Shown one piece after another: positions 51,567 to 64,000 of a stretch of 64,000 nucleotides of DNA (position 1 is its first letter; each line of letters starts with the position of its first letter). A model generated the notes under the pieces. The model did not search any database. It was given only the letters and a program-made list of their open reading frames with translations, and was not told the origin of the DNA. The DNA comes from Trichinella spiralis (taxonomy: Eukaryota). Both the position numbers and the translations under genes were made by a program. The stretch covers positions 6,616,428 to 6,680,427 of the forward strand of contig NW_003526941.1 in the NCBI RefSeq assembly GCF_000181795.1, given 5' to 3'.

Positions 51567-54500
51567 TTACAAATTTGTCTCTGTAGATAACGTTTTCGGT
51601 TCTTTAGGAGCTTTCAATTGCCTAGAATACCTTGCTCGACGTCGCTTCTGAAATCATTTACAATGTAATATTTTATCTGAATATCCAATTACTATTACTA
51701 ATACTAATATTAGCAAAGAGGAAAGTTCCAATAATTCTAACTTATCCCTTGACAGCTTCATAATTATAATTTTACTTTTTCACACCTGATATATTTATGT
51801 TTAACTTGATAAAACTTTCCTGTTCAATATTTTACAGTAATTAGCTGTTATGTAATTAGAGGTGAATTTATTCAGTTTGGAAAATTAATGTGATAAATTG
51901 ACAATGTAAAAAATTCTTACTCGATGGCGACGCACTGCTTTTCCACTTAGATAAAGGAAAGCCACTGCCACTAATGAACAAATGGCAATTACTGTAGTTA
52001 CATAGGAATTTGATAGCGTTATTGCAATTTCCTCGAGTGTGCTGACAGCTGAAATGATGCTAATTAATTAATGTAATTTAATGTGCAATTTTCTACAATT
52101 ATATTTTCCTACCCTCTTCGCATAATGTGCCTTTGAAGCCATGTGCACAAAGGCATTGGAAGTGTGTTTCACTTAAAACTGCACAACAGCCACCGTTTTT
52201 GCAAGAATTCTTCTTGCACAAGCCAGTATCTAAGAAAGTACAAGAATGTTAGTTGTTGTATTGATTTGAATGGGCAAAGGGGATTCTGTTATGCATTTTA
52301 TTGTTGTTTTATTACTGAATTACGCGACAAATCTTTGATAATATTCAAATGCACGACAATATATTGTTAATCAGGGTAAATTGCAATTGTTATTTGTTTC
52401 GTGGAATATAATTAAATTTATAAGAAATTTTCACTTACGGCTTTCGCAAAATTTGCCTGTGTAAACTGGGCTACACACGCAGATGTGTTTACCGTCCACA
52501 AGCGAACAATTTCCTCCATTTAGACATTCTTTGCCGTTGTTGCAGGTGATTTCAGCTAAAAGTATCAACTTTGCAGTAACATATAGATGATTCATTTTAT
52601 GCATCGAATTCATTTGTATTGTTATTATCAAGAATTTGAAGTTAGGGCAAAATTAAGGTAAAAATGAATTCAAAAGTTTGTATAGTTCTTGTCTAATTTT
52701 AGTAATTTATTGTCGCTCTTCTTAACAGATAAATCCTGTTGCTTCCAATTTGAATAGAATTTTTTACAACATTGCAGTATAATATTATTGTGTCTGGAAA
52801 TACGTTTCAAAGCATGAATATTATTGTTTTAAACTTTTGTCAAATGCAATAAAAAATGCAATATTGAAAACAGACAATAAATGGCCCTGCATGTGGAATT
52901 TTTAGCAATTACTTACGTATAGTGCAGTTTACGCCTTGAAAATCCGATGTGCAAGAACAAATATATGAACTTCCCGCATTGAAGCACTTTCCACCATTTT
53001 GGCATATATTTGGATGGTCTTCACAGAATGTGTAACCTACAATGAATTGACAAGCTTTGCATATATTATTTACATTTTCAATGGTAATAAATGTATATTA
53101 ATTATTCATATTAATTAACAACAACAGTAGAAATAATTGTGATTTCAGAAATGGAATATTATTTTTTATGGCTTTTTCTACCAATTCTGTATTGATCTTT
53201 TCAGTAAATTCAGCTTAACTTTAGGGAATAAAATTACAAACATTATTGAGATTACAGTCATTTGTGTAATAATCATTTCAAATTGCAAATTACCAAAATG
53301 TAGGAGGACATTTAAGTAAACTGTTTTACGTAGTTTTACCTCAATGATACGTCACATTTTGTGTGAATTAGAAATAGTATTTATAATTAACTCAATTCTC
53401 ACTTTTTTCGCATAATGTTCCATGACGACTGTCATCACATTCACAAAAATAACCAGCCTCGGTTTTAATTATCGTCCCATCATTTTTTGTACATGTTTCA
53501 TTATGTTCCATTATGGTTTTGTTGGAGTTGATAAAAAAATCTTTACAATCAGTTTGCAATCCTTCTTCAGTAGAAAAGCAGCATTTGTATCTTTCTTGTG
53601 TACAGTCCACTTCGACATTTTCGAATCCTTTTACGACTTTATACCGTTCTCTTGTGTATGGACCGCAAGTTGTACTTTTTGCAGACCACTCTGACCACTC
53701 TAGGTCTGAACAAGGACACTCGCATATTTCTCCATAATCACGTTCAGGGCATTCTTTTCCATACGGTATATCGGCTTCTTGGTGACGTACATAAGTGTAT
53801 TCTCGGCATATGTTTTCATTTGGTGAAAATGTACATTGTTCAATTCTTTCGTCTATACAGTTTTTGTAACTTGCAGATACGCAAGCGAAATATTCGCAGT
53901 TGTCAGCTGAACAATTCAATACCGGAGTGGCAAATTTATATTCATTAGTTTCACTTTGTATTCTCATGCATCTGCACATTGAGTGTAATCCCATGCGGGA
54001 TTCTTTTTGAGATTCAGCAATACTGTAATTTTGCCACCACGGATGCATAATTACATGTTCATATTCTGCCGTTTTTCTGAAACCGTAAAAATAGTTTACA
54101 CATCGTTCCATGTGAGTAGTCGATATTTTATCTGAACTTCGATTGAAGAAAATCGCCGTGTTCATGTAGCACGCATGCGGTGTGATTATTTTCCAATATG
54201 CATGATACCTGTGTTGGTTCAATTCAAACCTAGTCTTGCCTACTTCCGTTCCAGAATGCACCATTATTTCTTTTTCTGGATATTTATAGTATTGGTGATA
54301 GCGAATCGCGTCTTCATTCAAGTAAGATAGCAGTTGACCATTTTTGAAATGATATTTGCAAAAGTTGACCATTTTTCCGAGCAAAGTGTTGTCGCCTTTT
54401 GTTTCTGGCATGTTTTTTGTAGTTTTTAATTCTTTGGAAAGTACGAATGTTGTGCAGTGGTTAACATCTCTTCTTCCACCTCTGTACACATCTGGATACG

Positions 54501-54768
54501 TATCGGCTGGGCAAGAAGAAGAAGAATTACTCAGGGCTTTCTGAGCGTTGAAGCAAAGGAGAAAAATCAGCAAAACTTCGAATGCCTGAAAATTGAAAAT
54601 CACAAAAATAAATCATGATGCTCATATTTATGTTTCTGTTGGGCGAACAGAATTGGCTGAGAAAATTCATATCATGTGTATTGAAGAAATATGTAAGTGT
54701 AAAAAAATATTCTTTAATTCATAGGTTTTTCTAGAAAATGAGAACTGAAATGAAAAAATGATTACCAT
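51567..54768 (-). CDS. Single-pass membrane protein, copy 1 (~582 aa): signal peptide, divergent C-type-lectin-like domain, TSP1-like domain, 4 EGF repeats, TM, PDZ-binding C-terminus
   Basis: Phase-consistent exons 54768-54766 (ATG only), 54585-53403, 53036-52917 (EGF CQNGGKC..YICSC..FQGVNC), 52555-52439 (EGF CLNGGNC..CVCSPVYTGKFCE), 52229-52113 (EGF CKNGGCC..CLCAHGFKGTLCE), 52048-51921 (TM VTTVIAICSLVAVAFLYL), 51647-51567 (KRRRAR...STETNL*). TSP1-like WSEWSAKSTTCG..RER. The lectin-like call is by eye and weaker than the rest. Confidence 0.88.
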
Positions 54769-55092
54769 TTCAGGAAAGCTTTCTCAATTTTTTCCCCAAT
54801 TCACGGCCTGTTCTAGAGAAAACTGTCAAATACTGTTGTACTTGTCATTTGCTGCCAATTTTATGCACCGAAGAATTTTAAAATAATATTTTAAAGGCAT
54901 TAACGTTTAAATTACTGACATGTTTAAATTTTCTTGATGATTCTTGTGTTTTTATTTAAACAAAATATTGTTATCAATTTTGATATACCTTTAATATGGA
55001 GTATTTATTATAATTATGAATAGAGTTTCATGTTCATAAATCACATACATCAAAATATTAAAATTAAAATTAAAACTTGAAATTTATAGCTT

Positions 55093-55593
55093 TTATAGAA
55101 AATTGCCACATGAATATATGATCTGTGTTCGAAACGTGAATCTATTTCTAATATTGCACTTTCGGTTCTTCGTATTATTTTGAAATCCTATTGAACCCAT
55201 TTTTAGGAAAATCAAACATCTGAAACTTGGTTTGATGTTTTTGATGAACACTGGAATGCCACGACATTTGAATTGTCAGTAAGGGAAATCATGCATTTCT
55301 TTTTTGAGCATTTCATTATCAAGTGATTCGTTCTGGAAGTGATCCGATTGATAAGTTACTACGAAGGTAAAAGTATATATTTGATTTCTCGAAGTGAATT
55401 TGCATTTTAATAAATTAATTTTTATCGAAAGAGTCTGTCTGGTGTGAAGGTAACCGAAGTGATCCAAGTCACAGTGAAAGCATGGATGATAGTACCGTTT
55501 AGTCTTCCGTATTTATACATTTTAGCAGAATTGCTGCAATGTATAATACACAACATCAGCAGCAATACAAGTAGAATTTGAAAGATTTTTCAT
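55093..55593 (-). pseudogene. Probable decayed secreted-protein gene (second copy ~61390-61888)
   Basis: ATG then one extra A before a signal-peptide-like stretch (KIFQILLVLLLMLCIIHCSNSA), a second frame change, the 63-aa ORF 55276-55467, and ~60 more open codons beyond its TGA (QFKCRGIPVFIK...YSCGNFL*). Confidence 0.45.
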
Positions 55594-55789
55594 GGTTCAC
55601 AAAACAATCAGTTCCTTTAAATTAATGAATGAATTTTGCTGAATACTGCAAAGTATTATCATCGTGTTAGTACAGCTGCATCTACGTGAGACAGTATTTT
55701 ATACTTTTTTTAATTTACGCCTTAACATTATTTGTGATAGACAGAGACTTTCATCTGTAACGTAATGAGGACTTTGTTGTTGTTCAGCA

Positions 55790-57407
55790 ATTACTATAAT
55801 CTTTGGTGTTGACTCATTACATTGTTATTATACGTTTTCAAAGCATACATGCATTTCTAGGTCAGAAGAGTAACTTTATGCAAATGCGATGGTAAGCACT
55901 GCCGTTGGCATTCCGCTACGTGCACTTTGTGCTATTCAAATGCGGAAGCAATGTTCCTTATATAAATTTCTGTTTATTGAGAGACCTGCACTATAGTATA
56001 AATGTTCGCTGCTGAAGGGCGGTCTAATTACTTACTGCATTGCGGTATTTGGTCATTTCGATGCTTCACTGCAACAATTACGTTGTGATTGTCAGGCTAA
56101 AAACATGAAGAAACCACGAACATAGGTTACAAAATGTATGACTCTACGTTTGCTTCATACGTCATCCCTGACAGGTCTGCTGACAGGTATGAATTTTCAT
56201 ATATTTGCTACTTTTCACACAATGTTTTCTTTCTTTCTCTTGGCACACTCCACTAAACGTGCGCGCTTTTTAAGCTTTTCGTAGTTGTTTGATTTTAGTC
56301 TTCTTGAATGGAAACTAGCGTGTTGTTCTTCAGTAATGATGTTCAATTAACATTCGAGACTTTATTACGGCCGCGCCAATATATAATAGTACTAATGGTA
56401 TATTTTGCTATAATTTTCAATCGTCTTACAAATCCATTTGTAAAGTAGCACTCTGACATAGCAGTTGAACCCCTCCCGCATTATCTTTACTGTCCACTGT
56501 AATGTTTATTGCTAAGGTAGCATACTTGCCCAATTGTTTAAATTAGATGTCTGTCACGGGGGATACTAAAGTCGCACAAATCGCACCCCTAATTTGCTTG
56601 TCATTTGCTCAGATCGTGCACAANNNNNNNNNNCCATCCTTTAACCTCTCCCTCATTCCTTCCTGCTATGCTGTNCCCGCCCTTCCTTTCCTTTTCTNAA
56701 TGATCCCCATCATTGAGCTCGTAATAATACTAAGCTGAAACAGAGATCGCATTTCAACCTGAAAATGCTGCCCACCCCCCTATTTTCGAGCTGAATGAAC
56801 AGCACTTAGCTGTTTTTATCTCATGTAAATCTAATTTTCTCATAATTGTTATCGACTAGCAATATAACCAAATCCAGGCTACTTGTGATTCTTTTGTTTT
56901 ATTCCTTTCATGAAATACAATACAGAATTGTCAACCGCATAAGTTTCTTGAATTCATTGCAAATCGTTGAGTTACATTATTTGTGCTGGTAGGTTTATCT
57001 CACATTGTATGTGGCGCGCTGATGCAGTGCTCAACCAAGTTTCCAGTCTTACTATAAATCATCATAAGGTGTAAACGAAAGTTTAGTTAAAACAAAATTT
57101 GAATAGTAAATAAGCTGTCAAGGGGCATACCCACTGGTGCAGCCGCTTACCATCATGATGTCTACGGTGCGCACTTGTTAAATTCTGTGCTGAGATTAAT
57201 TGTATATTACAAAATTTCTGTCGCCGTTATCATCATAAAATTTCATGACAACTGTTTAATTTTCCATAAATCTGTAAAAGTATTTTATTTTCGAAACTTT
57301 TCAGTGGAAGCTGTTTTTTATTATCCATATAATTTTGGATTAGATGAAAAACCAATGATGAAATATAATTGTTGAATCACGTTGTACTTTCCAGGAACCT
57401 AAATTAT
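55790..57407 (+). repeat. Repeat R1, head-to-head with EGF gene copy 1; interrupted and truncated by gaps
   Basis: Matches 62085-63885 directly and 31620-33490 in reverse. Confidence 0.9.
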
Positions 57408-57876
57408 NNNNNNNNNNTGATAGATATTAGTGCCCTTTCGGGCAACAGTTTCGACTGAAATTTCCTACTAAACGATGTACTTTATTGTACAAATTGGAAT
57501 ATATGAACACGAAATAAGGAGATGAACAACTAAGTGAGCAGCTGACAATTTCTCCCAATCAAACCACGATAAAGTACACTACTGGATGAGTTCCATGGTT
57601 CTGTATGCCGTTATCTGAGAATATTTTCTAATATTGTTGACATAGTACAGCGCAGTAGTTGCTAAAGTAATGAATGCGAAAGCGCGTGATGATAGTATAA
57701 GAAATTTGATATATTGTGATTCGAGGGTGAACAACAGTTTTGTATAGGTTTTTTTAAAATTTTATTCAACGAAATTTAAAAAAGAAATAAATTGAACTTA
57801 ATAATATAGAATTATAATTTCAATAATGTTTATATTGTTATTGAAAATAAAAAATTGTAATTGTTAATTTTCACTT

Positions 57877-60800
57877 TTACAAATTTGTCTCTGTAGATAA
57901 CGTTTTCGGTTCTTTAGGAGCTTTCAATTGCCTAGAATACCTTGCTCGACGTCGCTTCTGAAATCATTTACAATGTAATATTTTATCTGAATATCCAATT
58001 ACTATTACTAATACTAATATTAGCAAAGAGGAAAGTTCCAATAATTCTAACTTATCCCTTGACAGCTTCATAATTATAATTTTACTTTTTCACACCTGAT
58101 ATATTTATGTTTAACTTGATAAAACTTTCCTGTTCAATATTTTACAGTAATTAGCTGTTATGTAATTAGAGGTGAATTTATTCAGTTTGGAAAATTAATG
58201 TGATAAATTGACAATGTAAAAAATTCTTACTCGATGGCGACGCACTGCTTTTCCACTTAGATAAAGGAAAGCCACTGCCACTAATGAACAAATGGCAATT
58301 ACTGTAGTTACATAGGAATTTGATAGCGTTATTGCAATTTCCTCGAGTGTGCTGACAGCTGAAATGATGCTAATTAATTAATGTAATTTAATGTGCAATT
58401 TTCTACAATTATATTTTCCTACCCTCTTCGCATAATGTGCCTTTGAAGCCATGTGCACAAAGGCATTGGAAGTGTATTTCACTTAAAACTGCACAACAGC
58501 CACCGTTTTTGCAAGAATTCTTCTTGCACAAGCCAGTATCTAAGAAAGTACAGGAATGTTAGTTGTTGTATTGATTTGAATGGGCAAAGGGGATTCAGTT
58601 ATGCATTTTATTGTTGTTTTATTACTGAATTACGCGACAAATCTTTGATAATATTCAAATGCACGACAATATATTGTTAACCAGGGTAAATTGCAATTGT
58701 TATTTGTTTTGTGGAATATAATTAAATTTATAAGAAATTTTCACTTACGGCTTTCGCAAAATTTGCCTGTGTAAACTGGGCTACACACGCAGATGTGTTT
58801 ACCGTCCACAAGCGAACAATTTCCTCCATTTAGACATTCTTTGCCGTTGTTGCAGGTGATTTCAGCTAAAAGTATCAACTTTGCAGTAACATATAGATGA
58901 TTCATTTTATGCATCGAATTCATTTGTATTGTTATTATCAAGAATTTGAAGTTAGGGCAAAATTAAGGTAAAAATGAATTCAAAAGTTTGTATAGTTCTT
59001 GTCTAATTTTAGTAATTTATTGTCGCTCTTCTTAACAGATAAATCCTGTTGCTTCCAATTTGAATAGAATTTTTTACAACATTGCAGTATAATATTATTG
59101 TGTCTGGAAATACGTTTCAAAGCATGAATATTATTGTTTTAAACTTTTGTCAAATGCAATAAAAAATGCAATATTGAAAACAGACAATAAATGGCCCTGC
59201 ATGTGGAATTTTTAGCAATTACTTACGTATAGTGCAGTTTACGCCTTGAAAATCCGATGTGCAAGAACAAATATATGAACTTCCCGCATTGAAGCACTTT
59301 CCACCATTTTGGCATATATTTGGATGATCTTCACAGAATGTGTAACCTACAATGAATTGCCAAGCTTTGCATATATTATTTACATTTTCAATGGTAATAA
59401 ATGTATATTAATTATTGATATTAATTGACAACAACAGTAGAAATAATTGTGAATTTCAGAAATGGATTATTATTTTTTATGGTTTTTTCTACAAAATCTG
59501 TATTGATCTTTAAAGTAAATTCAGCTCAACTTACGGGAATAGAATTACAAACATTATTGAGATTCTAGTCATTTGTGTAATAATCATTCAAATTGCAAAT
59601 TACCAAAGTGTAGGAGGACATTTAAGTAGACTGTTTTACGTAGTTTTACCTCAATGATACGTCACATTTTGTGTGAATTAGAAATAGTATTTATAATTAA
59701 CTCAATTCTCACTTTTTTCGCATAATGTTCCATGACGACTGTCATCACATTCGCAAAAATAACCAGCCTCGGTTTTTATTATCGTACCACCATTTTTTGT
59801 ACATGTTTCATTATGTTCCATTATGGTTTTGTTGGAGTTGATAAAAAAATCTTTGCAATCAGTTTGCAATCCTTCTTCAATAGAAAAGCAGCATTTGTAT
59901 CTTTCTTGTGTACAGTCCACTTCGACATTTTCGAATCCTTTTACGACTTTATACCGTTCTCTTGTGTATGGACCGCATGTTGTACTTTTAGCTGACCACT
60001 CTGACCACTCTAGGTCTGAACAAGGACACTCGCATATTTTTCCATAATCACGTTCAGGGCATTCTTTTCCATACGGTATTTCGGCTTCTTGGTGACGTAC
60101 ATAAGTATATTCTCGACATATGTTTTCATTAGGTGGAAATGTACATTGTTCAATTCTTTCTTCTATACAATTTTTGTAACTTTCAGATACGCAAGCGAAA
60201 TACTTGCAGTGGCCAGCTAAACATCTCAATACCGGAGTAGCAAATTTATATTCATTAGTTTCACTTTGTATTTTCATGCATCTGCACATTGAGTGTAATC
60301 TCATCCTGTATTCTTTTCCGGATTCAGAAAAACTGTAATTTTGCCACCACGGATGCATAATATCTATTTCTTTACTGAAATACCAATGATACCTTTGACA
60401 ACGTTCCATGAGTGTAGTCGATATTTCATTTGAACTGCGATTGAAGTAAACGGCGGTGTTCAAGTAGCATTCACGCATTCTGTATTTTTGATTATAATCA
60501 TAATTCAAGGTTTCATATGTATGCGCAGTCTTGCCTACTTCCGTTGCAGAATGCACTATTATTTCTTTTTCTGGATATTTATAGTATTGGTGATAGCGAA
60601 TCGCGTCTTCATTCAAGTAAGATAGCAGTTGACCATTTTTGAAATGATATTTGCAAAAGTTGACCATTTTTCCGAGCAAAGTGTTGTCGCCTTTTGTTTC
60701 TGGCATGTTTTTTGTAGTTTTTAATTCTTTGGAAAGTACGAATGTTGTGCAGTGGTTGACATCTCTTCTTCCACCTCTGTACACATCTGGATACGTATCG

Positions 60801-61063
60801 GCTGGGCAAGAAGAAGAAGAATTACTCAGGGCTTTCTGAGCGTTGAAGCAAAGGAGAAAAATCAGCAAAACTTCGAATGTCTGAAAATTGAAAATCACAA
60901 AAATAAATCATGATGCTCATATTTATGTTTCTGTTGGGCGAACAGAATTGGCTGAGAAAATTCATATCATGTGTATTGAAGAAATATGTAAGTGTAAAAA
61001 AATATTCTTTAATTCATAGGTTTTTCTAGAAAATGAGAACTGAAATGAAAAAATGATTACCAT
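57877..61063 (-). CDS. Single-pass EGF/TSP1 membrane protein, copy 2 (~577 aa); paralogue or allele of copy 1
   Basis: Same structure: exons 61063-61061, 60880-59713, 59346-59227, 58865-58749, 58539-58423, 58358-58231, 57957-57877. Frame intact; the 3' part is offset exactly 6310 bp from copy 1. Confidence 0.88.
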
Positions 61064-62084
61064 TTCAGGAAAGCTTTCTCAATTTTTTCCCCAATTCACG
61101 GCCTGTTCTAGAGAAAACTGTCAAATACTGTTGTACTTGTCATTTGCTGCCAATTTTATGCACCGAAGAATTTTAAAATAATATTTTAAAGGCATTAACG
61201 TTTAAATTACTGACATGTTTAAATTTTCTTGATGATTCTTGTGTTTTTATTTAAACAAAATATTGTTATCAATTTTGATATACCTTTAATATGGAGTATT
61301 TATTATAATTATGAATAGAGTTTCATGTTCATAAATCACATACATCAAAATATTAAAATTAAAATTAAAACTTGAAATTTATAGCTTTTATAGAAAATTG
61401 CCACATGAATATATGATCTGTGTTCGATACGTGAAACTATGGCTAATACTGCAATTTCCGTTCTTCATATTATTTTGAAATCCTATTGAACCCATTTTTA
61501 GGAAAATCAAACATCTGAAACTTGGTTTGATGTTTTTGATGAACACTGGAATGCCACGACATTTGAATTGTCAGGAAGGGAAATCATGCATTTCTTTTTT
61601 GAGCATTTCATTATCAAGTGATTCGTTCTGGAAGTGATCCGATTGATAAGTTACTACGAAGGTAAAAGTATATATTTGATTTCTCGAAGTGAATTTGCAT
61701 TTTAATAAATTAATTTTTATCGAAAGAGTCTGTCTGGTGTGAAGGTAACCGAAGTGATCCAAGTCACTGTCAAAGCATGGATGATAGTACCGTTTAGTCT
61801 TCCGTATTTATACATTATAGCAGAATTGCTGCAATGTATAATAAACAACATCAGCAGCAATACAAGTAGAATTTGAAAGATTTTTCATGGTTCACTAAAC
61901 AATCAGTTCCTTTAAATTAATGAATGAATTTTGCTGAATACTGCAAAGTATTATCATCGTGTTATTACAGCCGCATCTACGTGAGACAGTATTTTATACT
62001 TTTTTTAATTTACGCCTTAACATTATTTGTGATAGACAGAGACTTTCATCTGTAACGTAATGAGAACTTTGTTGTTGTTCAGCA

Positions 62085-63885
62085 ATTACTATAATCTTTG
62101 GTGTTGGCTCATTACATTGTTATACGTTTTCAAAGCATACATGCATTTCTAGGTCAGAAGAGTAACTTTATGCAAATGTGATGGTAAACACTGCCGTTGG
62201 CATTCCGCTACGTGCACTGTGTGTTATTCAAATTCGGTAGCAATGTTCCTTATATAAATTTCTGTTTATTGAGGGAACTCCATTATAGTATAAATGTTCG
62301 CTGCTGAAGGGCGGTCTAATTACTTACTGCGTTGCGTTATTCGGTCATTTTCATGGTTCAGTTCAACAAATACGTTGTGATTGTTCGACTAAAAATATGA
62401 AGAAACCACGAACATCTGTTACAAAATGTATGACTCTATGTTTGCTTTATACGTCATCCCTGACAGGTCTGCTGACAGGTATGAAATTTCATATATTTTC
62501 TATTTTTCATACAATGTTTTCTTTCTTTCTCTTGGCACACTGCACAAAACATGCGCGCTTTTTAAGCTTTTCGTAGTTGTTTGATTTTAGTCTTCTTGAA
62601 TGGAAACTAGCGTGTTGTTCTTCAGTAATGATGTTCAACTAATATTCGAGCCTTTATTACGGCCAAGCCAATATATAATAGTACTAATGGTATATTTTGC
62701 TATGATTTTCAATCGTCCTTACAAATCCATTTGTAAAGTAGTACTTTGACATAGCAGTTGAACCCCTCCCGCATTATCTTTACTGCCCACTGTAATGTTT
62801 ATTGCTAAGGTAACATACTTGCCCAATTGTTTAAATTAGATGTCTGTCACGGGGATACTAAAGTCGCACAATCGCACCCCTAAATGCTTGTCATTGCTCA
62901 AATCGTGCACAAGATTGTTTCAGCATGACATAGGAAAGCTGCTGTTAGCTAGAGAACACACTTTTATACTAACATCTTTGATACTTTCAGAATGGCAGTA
63001 ACGTTCCCTTCATTTTTGAAATGAATCCGTAAAGATTCTATTATGATATTGTACCGCCCATAGCACTGACTTATACAGATGCACCTATTTTATGTCATTA
63101 AGAAAATAACTCAATGCCCATCAATGTTATCAGTATTGATAAATGAAGCAACACCTGAATGTTATATATGAATATTGAATGGAAGATCGCATATGGCAAC
63201 TTCCACCTCCTCCATCCTTTAACCTCTCCCTCATTCCTTCCTGCTATGCTGTCCCGCCCTCCTTTCCTTTCTAATGATCACCATCATTGAGCTCGTAATA
63301 ATACTAAGCTGAACAGAGATCGCATTCAACTGAAAATGCTGCCCACCCCCTATTTCGAGCTGAATGAACAGCACTTAGCTGTTTTCATCTCATATAAATC
63401 TAATTTCTCATAATTGTTATCGACTAGCAATATAACCAAATCCATGCTACTTGTGATTTTTTTGTTTTATTCCTTTCATGAAATACAATACAGAATTGTC
63501 AACCGCATAAGTTTCTTGAATTCATTGCAAATCGTTGAGTTACATAATTTGTGCTGGTAGGTTTATCTCACATTGTATGTGGCGCGCTGATGCAGTGCTC
63601 AACCAAGTTTCCAGTCTTACTATAAATCATCATAAGGTGTAAACGAAAGTTTAGTTAAAACAAAATTTTAATAGTAAATAAGCTGTCAAGGGGCATACCC
63701 ACTGGTGCAGCCGCTTACCATCATGATGTCTACGGTGCGCACTTGTTAAATTCTGTGCTGAGATTAATTGTATATTACAAAATTTCTGTCGCCGTTATCA
63801 TCATAAAATTTCATGACAACTGTTTAATTTTCCATAAATCTGTAAAAGTATTTTATTTTCGAAACTTTTCAGTGGAAGCTGTTTT
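62085..63885 (+). repeat. Repeat R1, head-to-head with EGF gene copy 2; truncated by gap
   Basis: Matches 55790-57407 directly and ~31730-33490 in reverse. Confidence 0.9.
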
Positions 63886-64000
63886 NNNNNNNNNNTATTT
63901 TTGGAAATAAAATTCTTCTATAACTTTCCTTGTGTTCATTTATGATTTATTCTTTTTTTTTTGAATTTGCATTTCTGAATGTTGAATTGTGAGCGATGAT

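Noticed and set aside
51567..61063. Notch ligand (Delta/Serrate) or Crumbs assignment
   Set aside because: No DSL motif, laminin-G domain or ERLI tail is visible.
29500..64000. Autonomous transposon, SL RNA, snRNA, tRNA or rRNA genes
   Set aside because: No transposase/RT/helicase motifs or recognisable structured RNA gene seen; the U1-like 10-mer is not followed by a U1 body. A covariance-model search could still find diverged RNAs.

Overview
Eukaryotic, AT-rich draft scaffold with nematode-style short introns (GTAAGT...TTTCAG) and eight N-gaps; a clade I nematode such as Trichinella is my inference from style only. Left half: the 5' part of a plexin gene (minus strand, running off the left edge), about 17 kb of non-coding DNA, and a complete PDZD8 orthologue (plus strand). 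Right half (about 27-64 kb) is a repeat-rich accessory region. It holds two copies of a 7-exon single-pass membrane protein gene (signal peptide, divergent C-type-lectin-like domain, TSP1-like domain, 4 EGF repeats, TM helix, PDZ-binding tail). The copies are nearly identical except for short aromatic-rich hypervariable patches in the N-terminal domain. They lie in what looks like a ~10 kb tandem unit that also carries decayed secreted-protein remnants and a composite repeat: a ~2.5 kb shared segment (R1), one of two intron-like non-coding cassettes, an array of 5' splice-site (U1-complementary) motifs, and in some copies a block dense in GCCN3-4GGC and ATGCAAAT motifs. Exon boundaries were read by eye and no database searches were run.
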